From contig NC_087436.1 in NCBI RefSeq assembly GCF_036321535.1, positions 44,270,001-44,334,000 on the forward strand: a DNA stretch of 64,000 bases. Reading direction: 5' to 3'. This document shows, one piece after another, positions 27,065 through 39,001 of this stretch (its first letter is position 1; each line of letters begins with the position of its first letter). A program made the translations under genes and the position numbers. The notes under the pieces were generated by a model. It worked only from the letters and a program-made list of their open reading frames with translations. It did not search any database and had not been told where the DNA came from. This stretch comes from Camelus dromedarius. Lineage: Eukaryota.

Positions 27065-27390
27065 TATCTGTTAGGATTATTTCAGTTTCAAGTGATTGGA
27101 AGCTGAATTCCAAGTAGCAAAAATGAGACTTACTGACTGACATAATTGGAAAGATGAGGTATAGTACTAGTTTCAAGCTTCACTGAGTCCAGGGACTCAA
27201 ACAATGTCATCATTCCCAGTCTTTCTGTATTTTTACATTTCCTTTTTATTGGCTCCATTTTCAGGCAGACTGTTTTCTCATCATAGCAATATAGACCACC
27301 ATCATGGTGCAGCAGGCTAGTAGTATAGCAATATAACTTCCAGAAGCTTTAGGCTTAAATGTTCACAACCCCATGTCAGTTGCATAGAAC
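27065..27390 (-). mobile_element. MLT1J/K-like MaLR LTR fragment
   Basis: gttaggattatttcagtttcaagtga...ccagggactcaaacaatgtcatc...ttggctccattttcaggcagac. Confidence 0.7.
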
Positions 27391-27769
27391 TGGAGTAACA
27401 AGATTAGAGACTTGAGTCATCTCAAACACACAGCTAGTCTCCCCTCAAATTGGCAAAATTTAAAGCTATGCGAGGTGGAAGACTACAGAATCAAGATTTC
27501 TAAAAGAATTCTAAAAAGCAGAGCAGAAATCATAGCAAACTCTAGTGTTCCAGGGACAAAGACATTTTCTCAGTTGAAATTCTTAGATGGCCATGCTCTA
27601 TAGATAGAGATGAAACAGAGGTATATTGCAGCCCAAACTCAATCCATCTCAGTCCCTGGTTGGATAAGGTGATCAGTTATCCACTCTGCCTCCCACTGTA
27701 TTTGCCAGCCAAGGAAAAGCTAAACCCCAAAAGATGGAAGATAACATCACCAGAGATACCTTTATTTTT

Positions 27770-30400
27770 AATACAAAATACCCAGAAATAACTTTAAATT
27801 ATTAAGCATGTTAAAAGACAGGGCTATATAACCAATAACTTAAAGTAAGTAAGTCAATACTAAAAAGAGGCCTTAGGTGGATCTAGATATTGAAGTTAGT
27901 GGATAAGAACTTTACTATACATATATTCAAGAGGAGAGAAGAAAAGGTAGGCAAAATCAGTGAAAATAGGGAGAATTTCAAAATAAAGTTATAATTTGTA
28001 AATAGGAAACAAAATTTGAAAACACAGTATCTGAAATTAAGAACAAGATAAATGGGTTTAACAGCAGGTTAGTTATATCAGATGACAGGATTAGTGAAGT
28101 ATAATATAGGGCAATAGGAAAATACTCAACTTAAAGCAAAAAAGAACATATAAAATAGAACGAAGTATAAGAAATGTGGTAAACTGTGAAATGAGCTAAT
28201 GTTTTTTGTGATTGGAGTGACAGCAAAAGAAAAGAGAAAATTGGGAAGAAGTATATTTGAAGGGAAGATGGTTGAGTACATTCTAAGACTGGTAAAAAAA
28301 CAAAAACTCACAGATTTGAAAATCTCAGCCAGTCCCAAAGAAGATAAATACAGAAATCAAACAGAGAAAGCCAACATACACACACCATAGTCAAACTGCT
28401 GAAAACCAAGGACAAAGAAAATTTTTAGAGAAATAACTTTAAGACTGACAGGTAACTTCTCAACAGAAATGATGAAAGTCAAAAGGCAATATTGAAAGAG
28501 TTAAAAGAAAATGACTGCCAACCTAGAATTGCATGTCCAGAAAAAACGTCCTTCAAAAATGAAGTATGATATAAAGATATTTTAAGCAAATCAAAACTGA
28601 AAGAATATGTCATAAGAAGGCCTGCATTAAAGTAAATACCAAAGAGAGTTCTTAGGGATGAAGGAAATAATCCTAGAGAAGAAAACAGAAATGTGAGAAG
28701 AAAACAGAAATTTAAGAAGAAAGAGAATTGGAAAAGGTAATTGTGTGGGTAAATATTTACTGTACAAAATAATGCCTGATGGAGTTTTAAGTATTTGTAG
28801 AATATTTATAAAATTAAAATAAAAGGCAGGAAGAGGTAAAGTTGGAATTAATGTGCTTTAAGATGTTAGCATTTTTCAGAGAAGTATTAATAATTTACAT
28901 GAGAATATCATGAGTTAAGTCTGCATGTTATAGTATGTATGGTTATGGCGAGAAGAATACATGTATAACAAGTTAATAAATCAGAAAATGGAATAATAAA
29001 GTTTGTTGTGTTCACAAGAAAGCAAGGAAGAATAAAAAACAAATGGAAAACAAATAGATCAGATAGAAAAAAATAGTAAGATAATAAGATGAGAGATGCA
29101 AACTTCATTATATCAGTATTTAAATTAATGTAACTAGACTAAATTTACCAAGAAAAATGCTAAGATTATCAGACCAGAGGAAAAACAAACTAAGTGATAT
29201 TTTAAAGAGAGTCAGCTCATACATGCTAATAAGCACATGCTATGCCACTGAGCTGTACCCACACCCTAAGGAGAGTCATCTCAATTCTAAGACAAAAAAT
29301 GAAAGAATAAAAAAAGGTATATAATGTATACACTAACTTGAAATAAATAATGCTGGAGAAATTACACTTTAATTTAAAAAGTATTATGGAGATAAACAGG
29401 GACATTTAAAAAAATGATAAATAGAAACCCATCAGAATAGTATCACAGTCTTAAATCTATGTATGTAACAGTTTAATGACATTAGAAAAAAACAAGTCAC
29501 AAATACAAAATACACAAATCTACAATTAGGGTGGGTGGACTTTTATAGACCTTCCAATAGCTGAGAAAAAAAGCAGACAAAAATCTTAGTGGGGATAGTG
29601 CAATTAACATATTTGATCTAATTAACATAGATAAAACTCTGTACCAAACAATGTCAGAATTCACATTCCTTTCAAATGCACATGGAATATTTATCAAACT
29701 TACTATCATCTGGACCATAAAAAAGTCACAGTAAATTTCAAAAGCTGGAAATAATTCAGAATATATTTTCCTAAAGTTAATGAAATCAGTAATAAAAAGG
29801 AAACAAAGATTCTACAATTGTCTTTAACTTCAAATACATATAAAAGTCTTTAGGTCAAGAAAGAAATCATAATAAGTTTAAAAAAGTATTCTAAATTAAA
29901 TGACAAAAACATGGCATATCAAAATTTATGGAATGCAGCTAAAGCAGAGCTTAGGTGGAAATTTATAACATTAAATACATACAATAGAGAAAAGGAAAAG
30001 CTGAAAACCAATGTACTAATGCTTCCATCTCAGTAAGTTAGAAAAAATTACAACAAAATAATGGAACAGAAATACAAGAAGAAAATAATAAAGATAAGAA
30101 CTAAAATAAAGAAGAAAGTAAACTTAAAGAAAATTGACGGTCAAAATTTGGTTATTTGAAAATATTACTGCAATTGAAAAGCTCCTTATACAACTGATAA
30201 AGAAAAAGAGAACACAAGTAATCAATATTAATAATGAAAAAAACAATATTATTGCAGATATTAAAGGCATTAGAAAGGTATTAAGGAGATACTATGAATA
30301 GCTTTACATGGATAACTTTGACAATCAAATGAAATGGATAAATTCCTCTAAAAACACAACCAAAAGTGACAGAAGAAAAGATGAAATATAAAGTGCTTAA
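27770..30400 (+). mobile_element. Old LINE-1 (L1M-type), decayed ORF1 and 5' ORF2
   Basis: A-rich; ORF1 motifs (gactgacag..aacttctcaacagaaa, ccaacctagaatt); endonuclease-region motifs (tcaaatgcacatggaatattt, atggaatgcagctaaagcag..cttag..ggaaatttata). Confidence 0.85.
29220..29266 (-). mobile_element. 3'-truncated (tailless) tRNA/SINE head inserted in L1
   Basis: Minus strand GGGTGTGGGTACAGCTCAGTGGCATAGCATGTGCTT..., flanked by 17-nt near-identical direct repeats (29203-29219 / 29267-29283). Confidence 0.75.
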
Positions 30401-30744
30401 AATCTTAGAGTCAATTACCTTTAGTATAACATGCCAGATTACTTTATTTGTTAATAAGTAGTATTTTCTTATAGTCTTTTGCTAATCCTCAAGCATTGTT
30501 TTTCCTTTTCTATTTATGCTCATTCTTCATTGATTTAGGCTTCCCATGCTCAGATTATTGCAGTGTCATCCTAAATTTTTCTACTTTTGATCTCTTCCTC
30601 ACTCCAAACATTTCCTGAATTTTTATGGCCTCATTAATCTTTCCAAAGCATGGTTTTCATATTGGAATACTTAGTCCCCAAACAATTCTTGAACTTTTAA
30701 GCCTTAAGTATTTGTTTAAATCATATTCCTTTTCTTTTTCTTCA

Positions 30745-33450
30745 CAGTGGTTTTGATTACTATAGCTTTGTAGTATAATTTGAAATCAAGGAGTGTGATA
30801 CCTCCAGCTTTTATCTTTTTTCCTCAGGATTATTCTGTGGCTACTCGGGGTCTTTTGAGGTTCTATACAAATTTTGGGATTTTTTTTGGTTCTATTTTTG
30901 TGAAGATGTCATTGAGATTTTGATAGGGATTGCATTGAATGTGTAGATTGCTTTAGGTAATATGGACATGTTAAACAATGTTAATTCTTCCAATCCATGA
31001 ATACAGAGTATTTTTCTGTTTCTTTGTATCTTCTTCAGTTTCCTTTTAACAATATCTTATAGTTTTCAGCGTACAGATCTTTTTACTTCCTTGGTTAAGG
31101 TTATTTTATTTTTTTGTTGTGATTGTAAATGGGATTGTTTTCTTAATTTCTCTTTGTGCCAGTTTGCTGTTAGTGTGTAGAAACACAACAGATTTTTAAA
31201 TGTTGATTTTGTACCTTACAGCTTTACTGTATTTGTTTATTATTTCTAATAGTTTTTTCATGGAGTCTTTAGGGTTTTCATCCACAAATAGCGACGGTTT
31301 TACTTCTTTCTTTCTGATTTGGATGCCTTTTACTTCTTTTTCTTACATAACTGCCCTGGTTAGGACTTCCAAAACTATATTGAATAAGAGAGGTGAGAGT
31401 GGGCATCTTTGTGTTGTTCCTCATCTTAGAGGGATAACTTTCAGTTTTCACCATTTTTATGTTGTGTTTGTTACTAAATTGAAGTAGCTATAGTTACTTT
31501 AATGCTTTTCCCCCTTTAACCTTTATGCTAATCAAGTGTTTAGCAACATATTCTGATATAGCATTGCATTTTCTGATTCTATTTACTGCTTTCCTCCAAG
31601 TTTTGTGTCCCTTTTTCCTTTTCTACTCAGGTAGAAGAGCTGCTTTCAACATTCCTTGTAAGGCAGGTCTAGTGATGATGAACTCATTCAGCTTTTGTTT
31701 GGGAAAGACTTTATTTCTCACATATCTGAAGAATAACTTTGCTGGATAGAATATTCTTGGCTGAAAATTTTTATCTTTCAACAGTTTAACCATCTCATTC
31801 CATTCTCTCCTGGCTTGTAGAATTTCTGCTGAGAAATCTGCTTATAGTATGGAGAGGGGGTTCCTTTGTAGGTTACTATCTTTTTTTCCCTAGCTGCCTT
31901 TAAAATTCATTCTTTATAATTGACTTTTGACAGTTTTAATATAATATGTCTTGGAGAACGTTTTTTGGCATTGATAAAATTAAGTGTTTGATTAGCTTCA
32001 TGGGCTTGTATTTCCTGTTCCTTCCCCAGATTTGCGAAGTTCTCAGCTGTTATTTCTTTAAATAAACTCCCTGGTCCTTTCTCCCTCTCTTCTCCTTCTA
32101 GGATACCCATTATCCTTATGCTGCCTTTTAATGGAGTCAGATAGTTCTTATAGAGTTTCTTCACTTTTAAAAAATCTTAGTTCTCTGTCCCCTTCTACCA
32201 GAATCATTTTTATATTTCTATTTTTGAGCTTGCTAGTTCTCTCTTCTTTATAGTCTGCCCTATTTCCAAAGATTTCTAATGCATTCTTCATCTCATTTGT
32301 TGAGCTCTTCAGCTCCAGAATTTCTGACTGGTTCTTTTTGAGAATTTCAGTCTCTTTGGGGAAGAGATTTTCCTTCTTGTTATTAATTTTATTTTTGAGC
32401 TCATTGATCTGCTTTTTCTGAGTTTTCCTGTAGCTCATTGAGTTTCTTCCTAATAGCTATTTTGTATTCTTTATCAGTTTTATCACAAGTTTTGTGATTT
32501 TAAGTTTGGTTTCTAGAAAATTATTGTTTTCTTTTTGTGATACCATGTTACTGTGGTCTTCATGGTGCTTGATGAGTTGTTCCTCTGCTAGTGCATTAGA
32601 AGTAGTAAACACCTTTAGGTAAAGCTTTTTTTTTTACTTGACTAGCAATTCAACAGATTTGTAATTTGAGGCATTTCTTTTGTTTTTCAGTAGGTGGTGC
32701 TATAGCACAAGTTTTTGGTTTCTCTTACCTGAACTGCCTCTGGCTATATTTGAGATTCTGCACTTCCCCCTTCCACTGCCTCTGGCAAAGGTATCCCTGG
32801 TATTCACATCATCACTGATTGTCTCTCTGGAGTGGCTGGTGCCTTGCTGCTGCTGGTGTTGTGCTGCTGTTTCTGGCATCACAGCTGAAGGCACTGGAAT
32901 GGAGGGCACCTCCTCTGTGTCTTGGGGTGCCTGAGTCATAGGCAATGCTGCTTCAGCAGAGGGAGAGGGAGGACGACTGGGGAGCTGGGGTAGTTGGCGC
33001 CTCAACTGCATATGGGATTGTCAGGGTCTTTAGCGCTGTCCCTATGGGCAGGGGACTGGAGCTGTGGGCTCCAAGTGGCTAGAGGGGCTGCGGTTTCAGG
33101 CCCTGCTGTCACTGCTGCTTGATTCTCTGCGGTTGTGGTTGCTGCGGTTGTGTTTGCTGCTTTTGTGGGGAGGCCAGTATCATGTGCATCACCTCTACTT
33201 TCACTGCCAGGTTCCCTGGGGCTGTAGGCTCAGCCACTTCAGCTGGGAGGCTGGGATTGTGGTCTCTTCCCCTGGTTCCATCTCCTCTATGTGTTTCAAT
33301 CTGCCCATCTACAGATGTACAGATGTGTGGATTTTTCTGGTGTCCTGGTGTGTTGGGCAGAGGAACCTCTGTTCAATTATGGATGTTTTACCAGTTGTAG
33401 ATTGAAGAAGAAAGGGAGAGCATTTAATACTGCCATGATGCTGACATCAG
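30745..33450 (-). mobile_element. LINE-1 with 5'UTR, ORF1 and part of ORF2; internally deleted, 3' end missing
   Basis: ORFs 31907..32164 and 32148..32438 translate to L1 ORF1p-like sequence (IRIMGILEGEEREKG..LFKEI.AENF; RSPRHIILKLSK); ORF2 segment at 30745-31455; GC-richer 5'UTR at ~32600-33450. Confidence 0.9.
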
Positions 33451-33452
33451 TC

Positions 33453-34036
33453 TACCACACTCAGCAGCTTTAAATGATACAAATGTATTATTTCTCAGTT
33501 TCTGTAGGTCAGAAGTTCTAGTGGACTTGGCTAGATCCTCTGCTTAGGGTCTCACAAGGTTGAAATTGAGGCTTTTCTGGTCTGCATTCCTTAATGGAGG
33601 TTCTGGAGAAAAATCTGCTTCCAGGCTCAGTCAGATTATTGTCTAAATTCATTTCCTTGTGGTTGTATGACTGAGATCCACATTTCCTTGTTAGCTGTTA
33701 GCTGGGGCCTGTCTTTGTTCCTAGGGACTGCTTGCATTTTTTTCTCTTGCCTTTATGAGGCCCCCTTTAGCAGTGGTGAGCTGAGTCCGAATTATGTTTC
33801 AAATCTCTGACTTCTGCAGCATCTCCCTGTCTATAGCCAGAGAAGGTCCTCTGCTTTTAATGACTCATGTGATTAGATTGGAAAATCACATGGAAAATCC
33901 ATGATAATCTCCCTATTTTAAGATCTGTGAATTTAGTTACATTTGAAAAGTTCCTTTTGCCATGCAAATTAGCATATTGACAGGTTACCGGAATTAGAAC
34001 ATGGGCATACTTTGGGGGCCCATTCTGCCTACCATA
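33453..34036 (-). mobile_element. MLT1 (MaLR) LTR, MLT1D-F-like
   Basis: cagtttctgtaggtcagaag...gactcatgtgattagattgg...ttgggggcccattctgcctaccata. Confidence 0.85.
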
Positions 34037-34161
34037 TCAATTGATTTAATGGCTATATGCAAAATACTGTGATTCTGTTGAAAATGATAACATTCTGTGT
34101 TGCATTTGTAACTCAGGCACAGTCAAAACTAAAATAAAAAATTACAGAACTATGAATTTTA

Positions 34162-34543
34162 CTAGTAGCGAGAAACGTTTATCCTTACAAATGGAAATGA
34201 ATAATATAGGTAAAAGAATAAACAATTTCTAGAACCTTTAACATTTTCAATAAATAGAAAAAAGAAACAAACCCTAGCTTGAACTCTAGTAAACGTGGAG
34301 ACTACATCTATATTGATACTGCCTGGTATAGCTTCAAACACTGCTGGCAGTTTCTGGATAATGATGGCTTTCAGCAACTGTCCACGGTGTTTGAAGCTAC
34401 ACTAAGCAGGGTCCTCCTCATTGGACATGTTGAACAATTATTATTACTCCTGAGGTCAAGTCATCACAAACATACATGCCAAATTTGGTGAAAATCTGTC
34501 TATTTTCAAGTGATGCTGTAACAGCAGCTGGAAACTATATAGA
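34162..34543 (-). mobile_element. Putative non-autonomous Helitron-like element with internal long hairpin
   Basis: Minus strand reads A|TCTATATAG...CTAG|T; subterminal palindrome at 34170-34183; internal catgccaaatttggtgaaaat motif. Confidence 0.55.
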
Positions 34544-35139
34544 TTAAGGCATAAATGCTTTGTATGGCAATTATGATGCAACAGTCATGCTTGAAAAGCT
34601 TTAAATCTCTAAAACAAACATAAGGTATTATTATCATCAATAACAACAATTATGTTTTATGATTTTCATTGTAAGCACTGTCATTTTATTTGTGTCTATA
34701 AATAAGAAGGGATAAAATGTACTATCAAATATCTGTTTAATAGGGCTTAATTATTTATTATGGGACTTTATAGTATATTTAATAAAATTAATGAGATTCT
34801 GATTACTTGAGCCTGCCACTCTCTTTAGCTGGAAAGTCTCTTTGATAAGAAGTAAAGCAAGATTGCCAGTTTTCTTATGAGAATTACAGGGTTTGAGGAT
34901 TAGTCAACTGAGAATTGGTGAGGTCCTCCTCTAATTAATGTCTTCCCACCGATGTTTGCCCTAATCTCTCCTTTTATTACATTTATTACAATGCTTCAGC
35001 GGGATGTCTGTGTGGCAAGGAAGATCTATTAAATAAGGTTACTGTTCGGTTAGTGAAATAGCAATAAAGGTCCTAATTCTGTATTTGTTTCTTTGTTAAT
35101 TCCTTTTAATTTAAAGAGTCATCTTGAGGGAAGCACACA

Positions 35140-35310
35140 TCTATAATAGAAAGAACAGTTGGGCTGGAAGTAGGGAGAGCCACATCCAATCTTGGCTTTG
35201 CAGTTTTGGGCAGGTCATTGAATCTTTTGGCCCTCAGTTTTCTAAACCATAAAATACAGCTTTTGGACAAGATGATCTGTAAAATCACTTTAGCCCCCAA
35301 ATTAAACAAT
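35140..35310 (+). mobile_element. MIR-family SINE
   Basis: ttgggcaggtcattgaatcttttggccctcagttttct...ttggacaagatgatct. Confidence 0.7.
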
Positions 35311-35379
35311 TTGCTGACTTCAGGGAACATTTTCAGGAATTGGTGAAAAGGAACATTTTCAGGGTTTTATTTATTTCCC

Positions 35380-36060
35380 TCTTAGATTTTTGCAATTCTC
35401 TCTTAACTGGCTTTCCTGCTATCGTTATTTTATTGCAGTAACTATTCTGTAGTCCATTGCTAGATTTAGGTTCATAAATTGCTACTTCATCCCCTGTTTA
35501 AACCTTCCACATCAAGTCTGAATTTCAAGGCTTCCTGAATTTTGATCTGATCTTAGCTTCCTTTTCCTTTATTCTCCACAAAATTATTCTTCCCAACCCC
35601 ACACTTTAGCCAGTTTGCTTGCTGTAATTGAGTATGCTTATATTTTAGCCCCCACATCTTTACTTATGTTATCTTATCTGCCCGATATCTTTCCTTCCCC
35701 AGCTTCATCCCCTTGCTCTCCAGCATTCAAACAAATATTTTTAACCCCACCTACTGAAATTCTAACTCATTCTTCAAGGTCAACTTAAGAGCTATTTGCT
35801 TTATACAGTCTTCTACAATTACTACAACTGGAAGCAGTCTTTTCCCCTCTGAAATCCTACAAGACTTAATATATTTCCAACTCAGTGATAAACATTTAGC
35901 ACATTTTTTTTAATGTGCATGTTTTCTAGACCAAGACACTGTCTTTGGCAGTGGGGATAAATTAAAGAGGAAAAGTAGACACGATCTCTTTTCTAAGGAA
36001 CCTTACAGTTGCATGAACGAGACAGAGATTAATCATAATTATACAAATTGGGATAAGCTG
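35380..36060. mobile_element. L2 fragments (plus ~35380-35860; minus ~35890-36060)
   Basis: ctcattcttcaaggtcaactt; aacatttagcaca...ctaaggaaccttacagt. Confidence 0.55.
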
Positions 36061-36984
36061 CATGACAAAAAAGTCTTACTTCATTTTTATTTACCTTTTT
36101 ACTGTTTGAGTCTCAGCCCATACATTAAGTTGTAAACTTGAAAAAAATAGTTTATATAGATCTTTGACAGTATTCATTCATTTCTAAATATGTATTTATG
36201 GAATAAAATCAGTGCTTAGACCTTAAATTTGGGATTATAAATTAAAAATGTTTTATAAGATTGTCCTAGACCAGATAATAATTGGGTATTTTTCTCTATT
36301 TCCTGCTGTTTTCAAAGTTGAATAGAATTTAAATTGGATTAAGTACATTAATAAAACCCATGCATTTAGTTTTGAATCTAGGAGATTTATTTTGGCTCCC
36401 CTGTGTTTTAAGTTTTAAAATCTTAAAGTAATTGTTTTTATTGTCATATTTTGAGTAAGATGTCCAACTTCTTTTCATAAGAGGTCATCGTTTTTCTAAT
36501 ACATATTTATTGAATACCATCCTTGCATATAGGACTGTGAAACTAGTTGTGAATGTTACAAAGTAGTAAAATTTAGTTGAATCTGAAAGCTGCAGTTTTG
36601 GTGGGGGAGGCAGAAACAAATATTGATAATATCAAAATTTTGGATCCAAACATGGATATTTTGTTTAGTAGATATAGGTTTATATAAATTATAACAAAAA
36701 AGTTCTTAAAAAGATAGAATTAAGAGCCACACAATGTGAGGATAATGAAAATTCTAAGGAAGTGCTGTGGCTAGAGATTTATCTCATTATGTCAAGTCTC
36801 TGATTTTTAAGATAAATAATGTTATTTATTTATTTAGTATAGGGAATCAGAATACTTTAGTGAAATACTTTGAGATATGATGAATATATTTAACTCAAGT
36901 TTTTTGGTACAATCCATTGATTAATCACAGGACTGAAAGTCTGGCCTTATAGATTGAGAGTGGTTTCCTGTTACTGGAAAGTTA

Positions 36985-37170
36985 TCAGGGTGGTTAGGCT
37001 CTCAACTCTAGATTCAGACAGGGTTGGGCTAGTATTAAAATCCAGGCTTCACTGCTTACTAGTAGTATGACAGTAAAAATAATAGCCATGTCTCTCTGAA
37101 TCTCGATGTTATTTATAAAATGGAGGTACTAGATCTACCTCTCAGTAAGTGCTAAAAAAAGTAGCTATTC
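36985..37170 (+). mobile_element. MIR SINE
   Basis: ctctagattcagacag...aatccaggcttcactgcttactagt..tgac...tctctgaatctc...tataaaatgg. Confidence 0.7.
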
Positions 37171-38113
37171 TTTATCTTCTTTTCAAACAAAATTTAATTT
37201 GAAAATGGGAGACCTCTATTGTGTTTGCAAAATACTTTAAATCTGATGCTGAAATAAGGACATCTTGATTTGGTAAAACAGAGATAGTTAAAATGGGGCT
37301 AAGAACATTTGGCCCAAAGCAATAAAACTAAGGCACCTGTTTGAATTTATACCTGTGTGGTCAGGTTACACCCAAATGCTTGTTACTGCACAAAGGAACA
37401 TAAATTTTAAAGAAGATATGGGTTTTTTAGTGGTAGGTTTTAGTTAGTTTGTTTAATTTTGTTTACTGAATCATCATGGGATGCTCTTGAAATAATATAG
37501 GATATGTCTGTAGAGCATCTTTTAAGGAAAAAGAGGCATAAAAGCACCATGGTTCCAGAATTGTGAAGATAGAAAGAAGCTTTTAAATTTAGCATTACAT
37601 AAAAATACACATAGGAAGCCCACTGGTCAAAAGAAAAAAGAGAGAAAGTAGATAAAAGAGAAATAATACAAGTAGCCCTTAGTCCAATAAATTTTGTTTA
37701 TTGTTTTCCCTCTGTAATGTGCATTAAGGGAATCATCTTACAACCAAGTCGGAGTAATATATTCTTTCCACCATTAATATTTTCTAGAATATTAAAATTA
37801 TAATATAAATTTAACTGCCAATAGGTTCATAAATCTAAAAATTAAGGTTATATAAATCTTGGTGTTGAGGTGATGCTACATAAATTATAGAAATAAAACT
37901 AATTTTGAATAAGTACTGTTTTGGTAGGGCTGAGTTTATTCAAATTAGGTTTTTGTCTTTTTCTGCTTAAGGAAAGGCAGAATAGAGAGATATTAAAGTG
38001 AATTTATGAAGAAAATGAAAAACAGATTTTCTATCATTGGTTTTTAACTCTTGGCAATTTTAACTTACTATCTAGAAATGTGACTTATAATGTTCAAAAT
38101 GTCATAACCCTTG

Positions 38114-38832
38114 TTTTTTTTTTAATTGAGGTATATTCAGTTTACAATATGTCAATTTCTGATGTACAGCATAATATTTCAGTCATACATATACATACAT
38201 ATATTCATTTCCATATTTTTTCATTATAGGTTACTATAAGATATTGAATATAGTTCCCTGTGCTATACAGTATAAACTTGTTTATTTTATATATATGCAA
38301 ATCTCAAATTCCCAATTTACCCCTTCCCACCCTCCTTCCTTCCAGTAACCAAAAGTTTGTTTACTATCTGTGAGTCTGATTCTTTTTTGTAGATTGTAGT
38401 AAGTCCATTTGTCTTTTTTTAAAATTCCACATATAAGTGATATCATATAGTATTTTTCTTTTTCTTTCTGGCTTACTTCACTTAGAATGGTGATCTCCAG
38501 GTCCATCCACATTGCTGCAAATGGCATTATTTTATTCTTTTTTATGACTGAGTAATATTCCATTGTATAAATATATCATAACTTCTTTATCTGGTCATCT
38601 GTTAATGGATATTTAGGTTATTTTCATGTCTTGACTATTGTATATAGTGCTTCTGTGAACATTGGGGTGCATGTATCTTTCCAAATTAGAGTTCTCTCCA
38701 GATATATGCTCAGGAGTGGGATTGCTGGATCAAACGTTAAGTCTATTTTTAGTTTTTTGAGGAATCTCCATACTGTTTTCTTAATGGCTGCTCCAAACTA
38801 CATTGCCACCAACAGTGTAGGAGGGTTCCCTT
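38114..38832 (-). mobile_element. LINE-1 3' end, relatively young (5'-truncated)
   Basis: Poly(T) at left; ORF 38282..38563 is the L1 ORF2 C-terminus MEYYSVIKKNKIMPFAAMWMDLEITILSEVSQ. Confidence 0.92.
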
Positions 38833-38910
38833 AGTTTTTATTGTATTCTTAACCTGAGCTTGTGATGATAATTGACTATGGGCAAATTTCAGATAGAAAT
38901 AAATGCTAAA

Positions 38911-39001
38911 TAGAGACAGACAGAGAGAGAGAGAGAAAGTGGGGGCAGAAAGTAGAGAGGAGAAGGAGGAGGGACAGAAAATGAGAAAAAAGAAAAAATG
39001 A
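38911..39001. repeat. GA-rich low-complexity tract
   Basis: Direct reading. Confidence 0.85.

Noticed and set aside
32680..33473. GC-richer ORF cluster including a short poly-Q (QHQQQQ)
   Set aside because: Lies within the 5'UTR of the antisense L1 and is CpG-depleted.
35324..35363. 14-nt direct repeat GGAACATTTTCAGG (similar small duplications near 17190, 47630 and 51990)
   Set aside because: Ordinary slippage-type micro-duplications; no array or functional structure.
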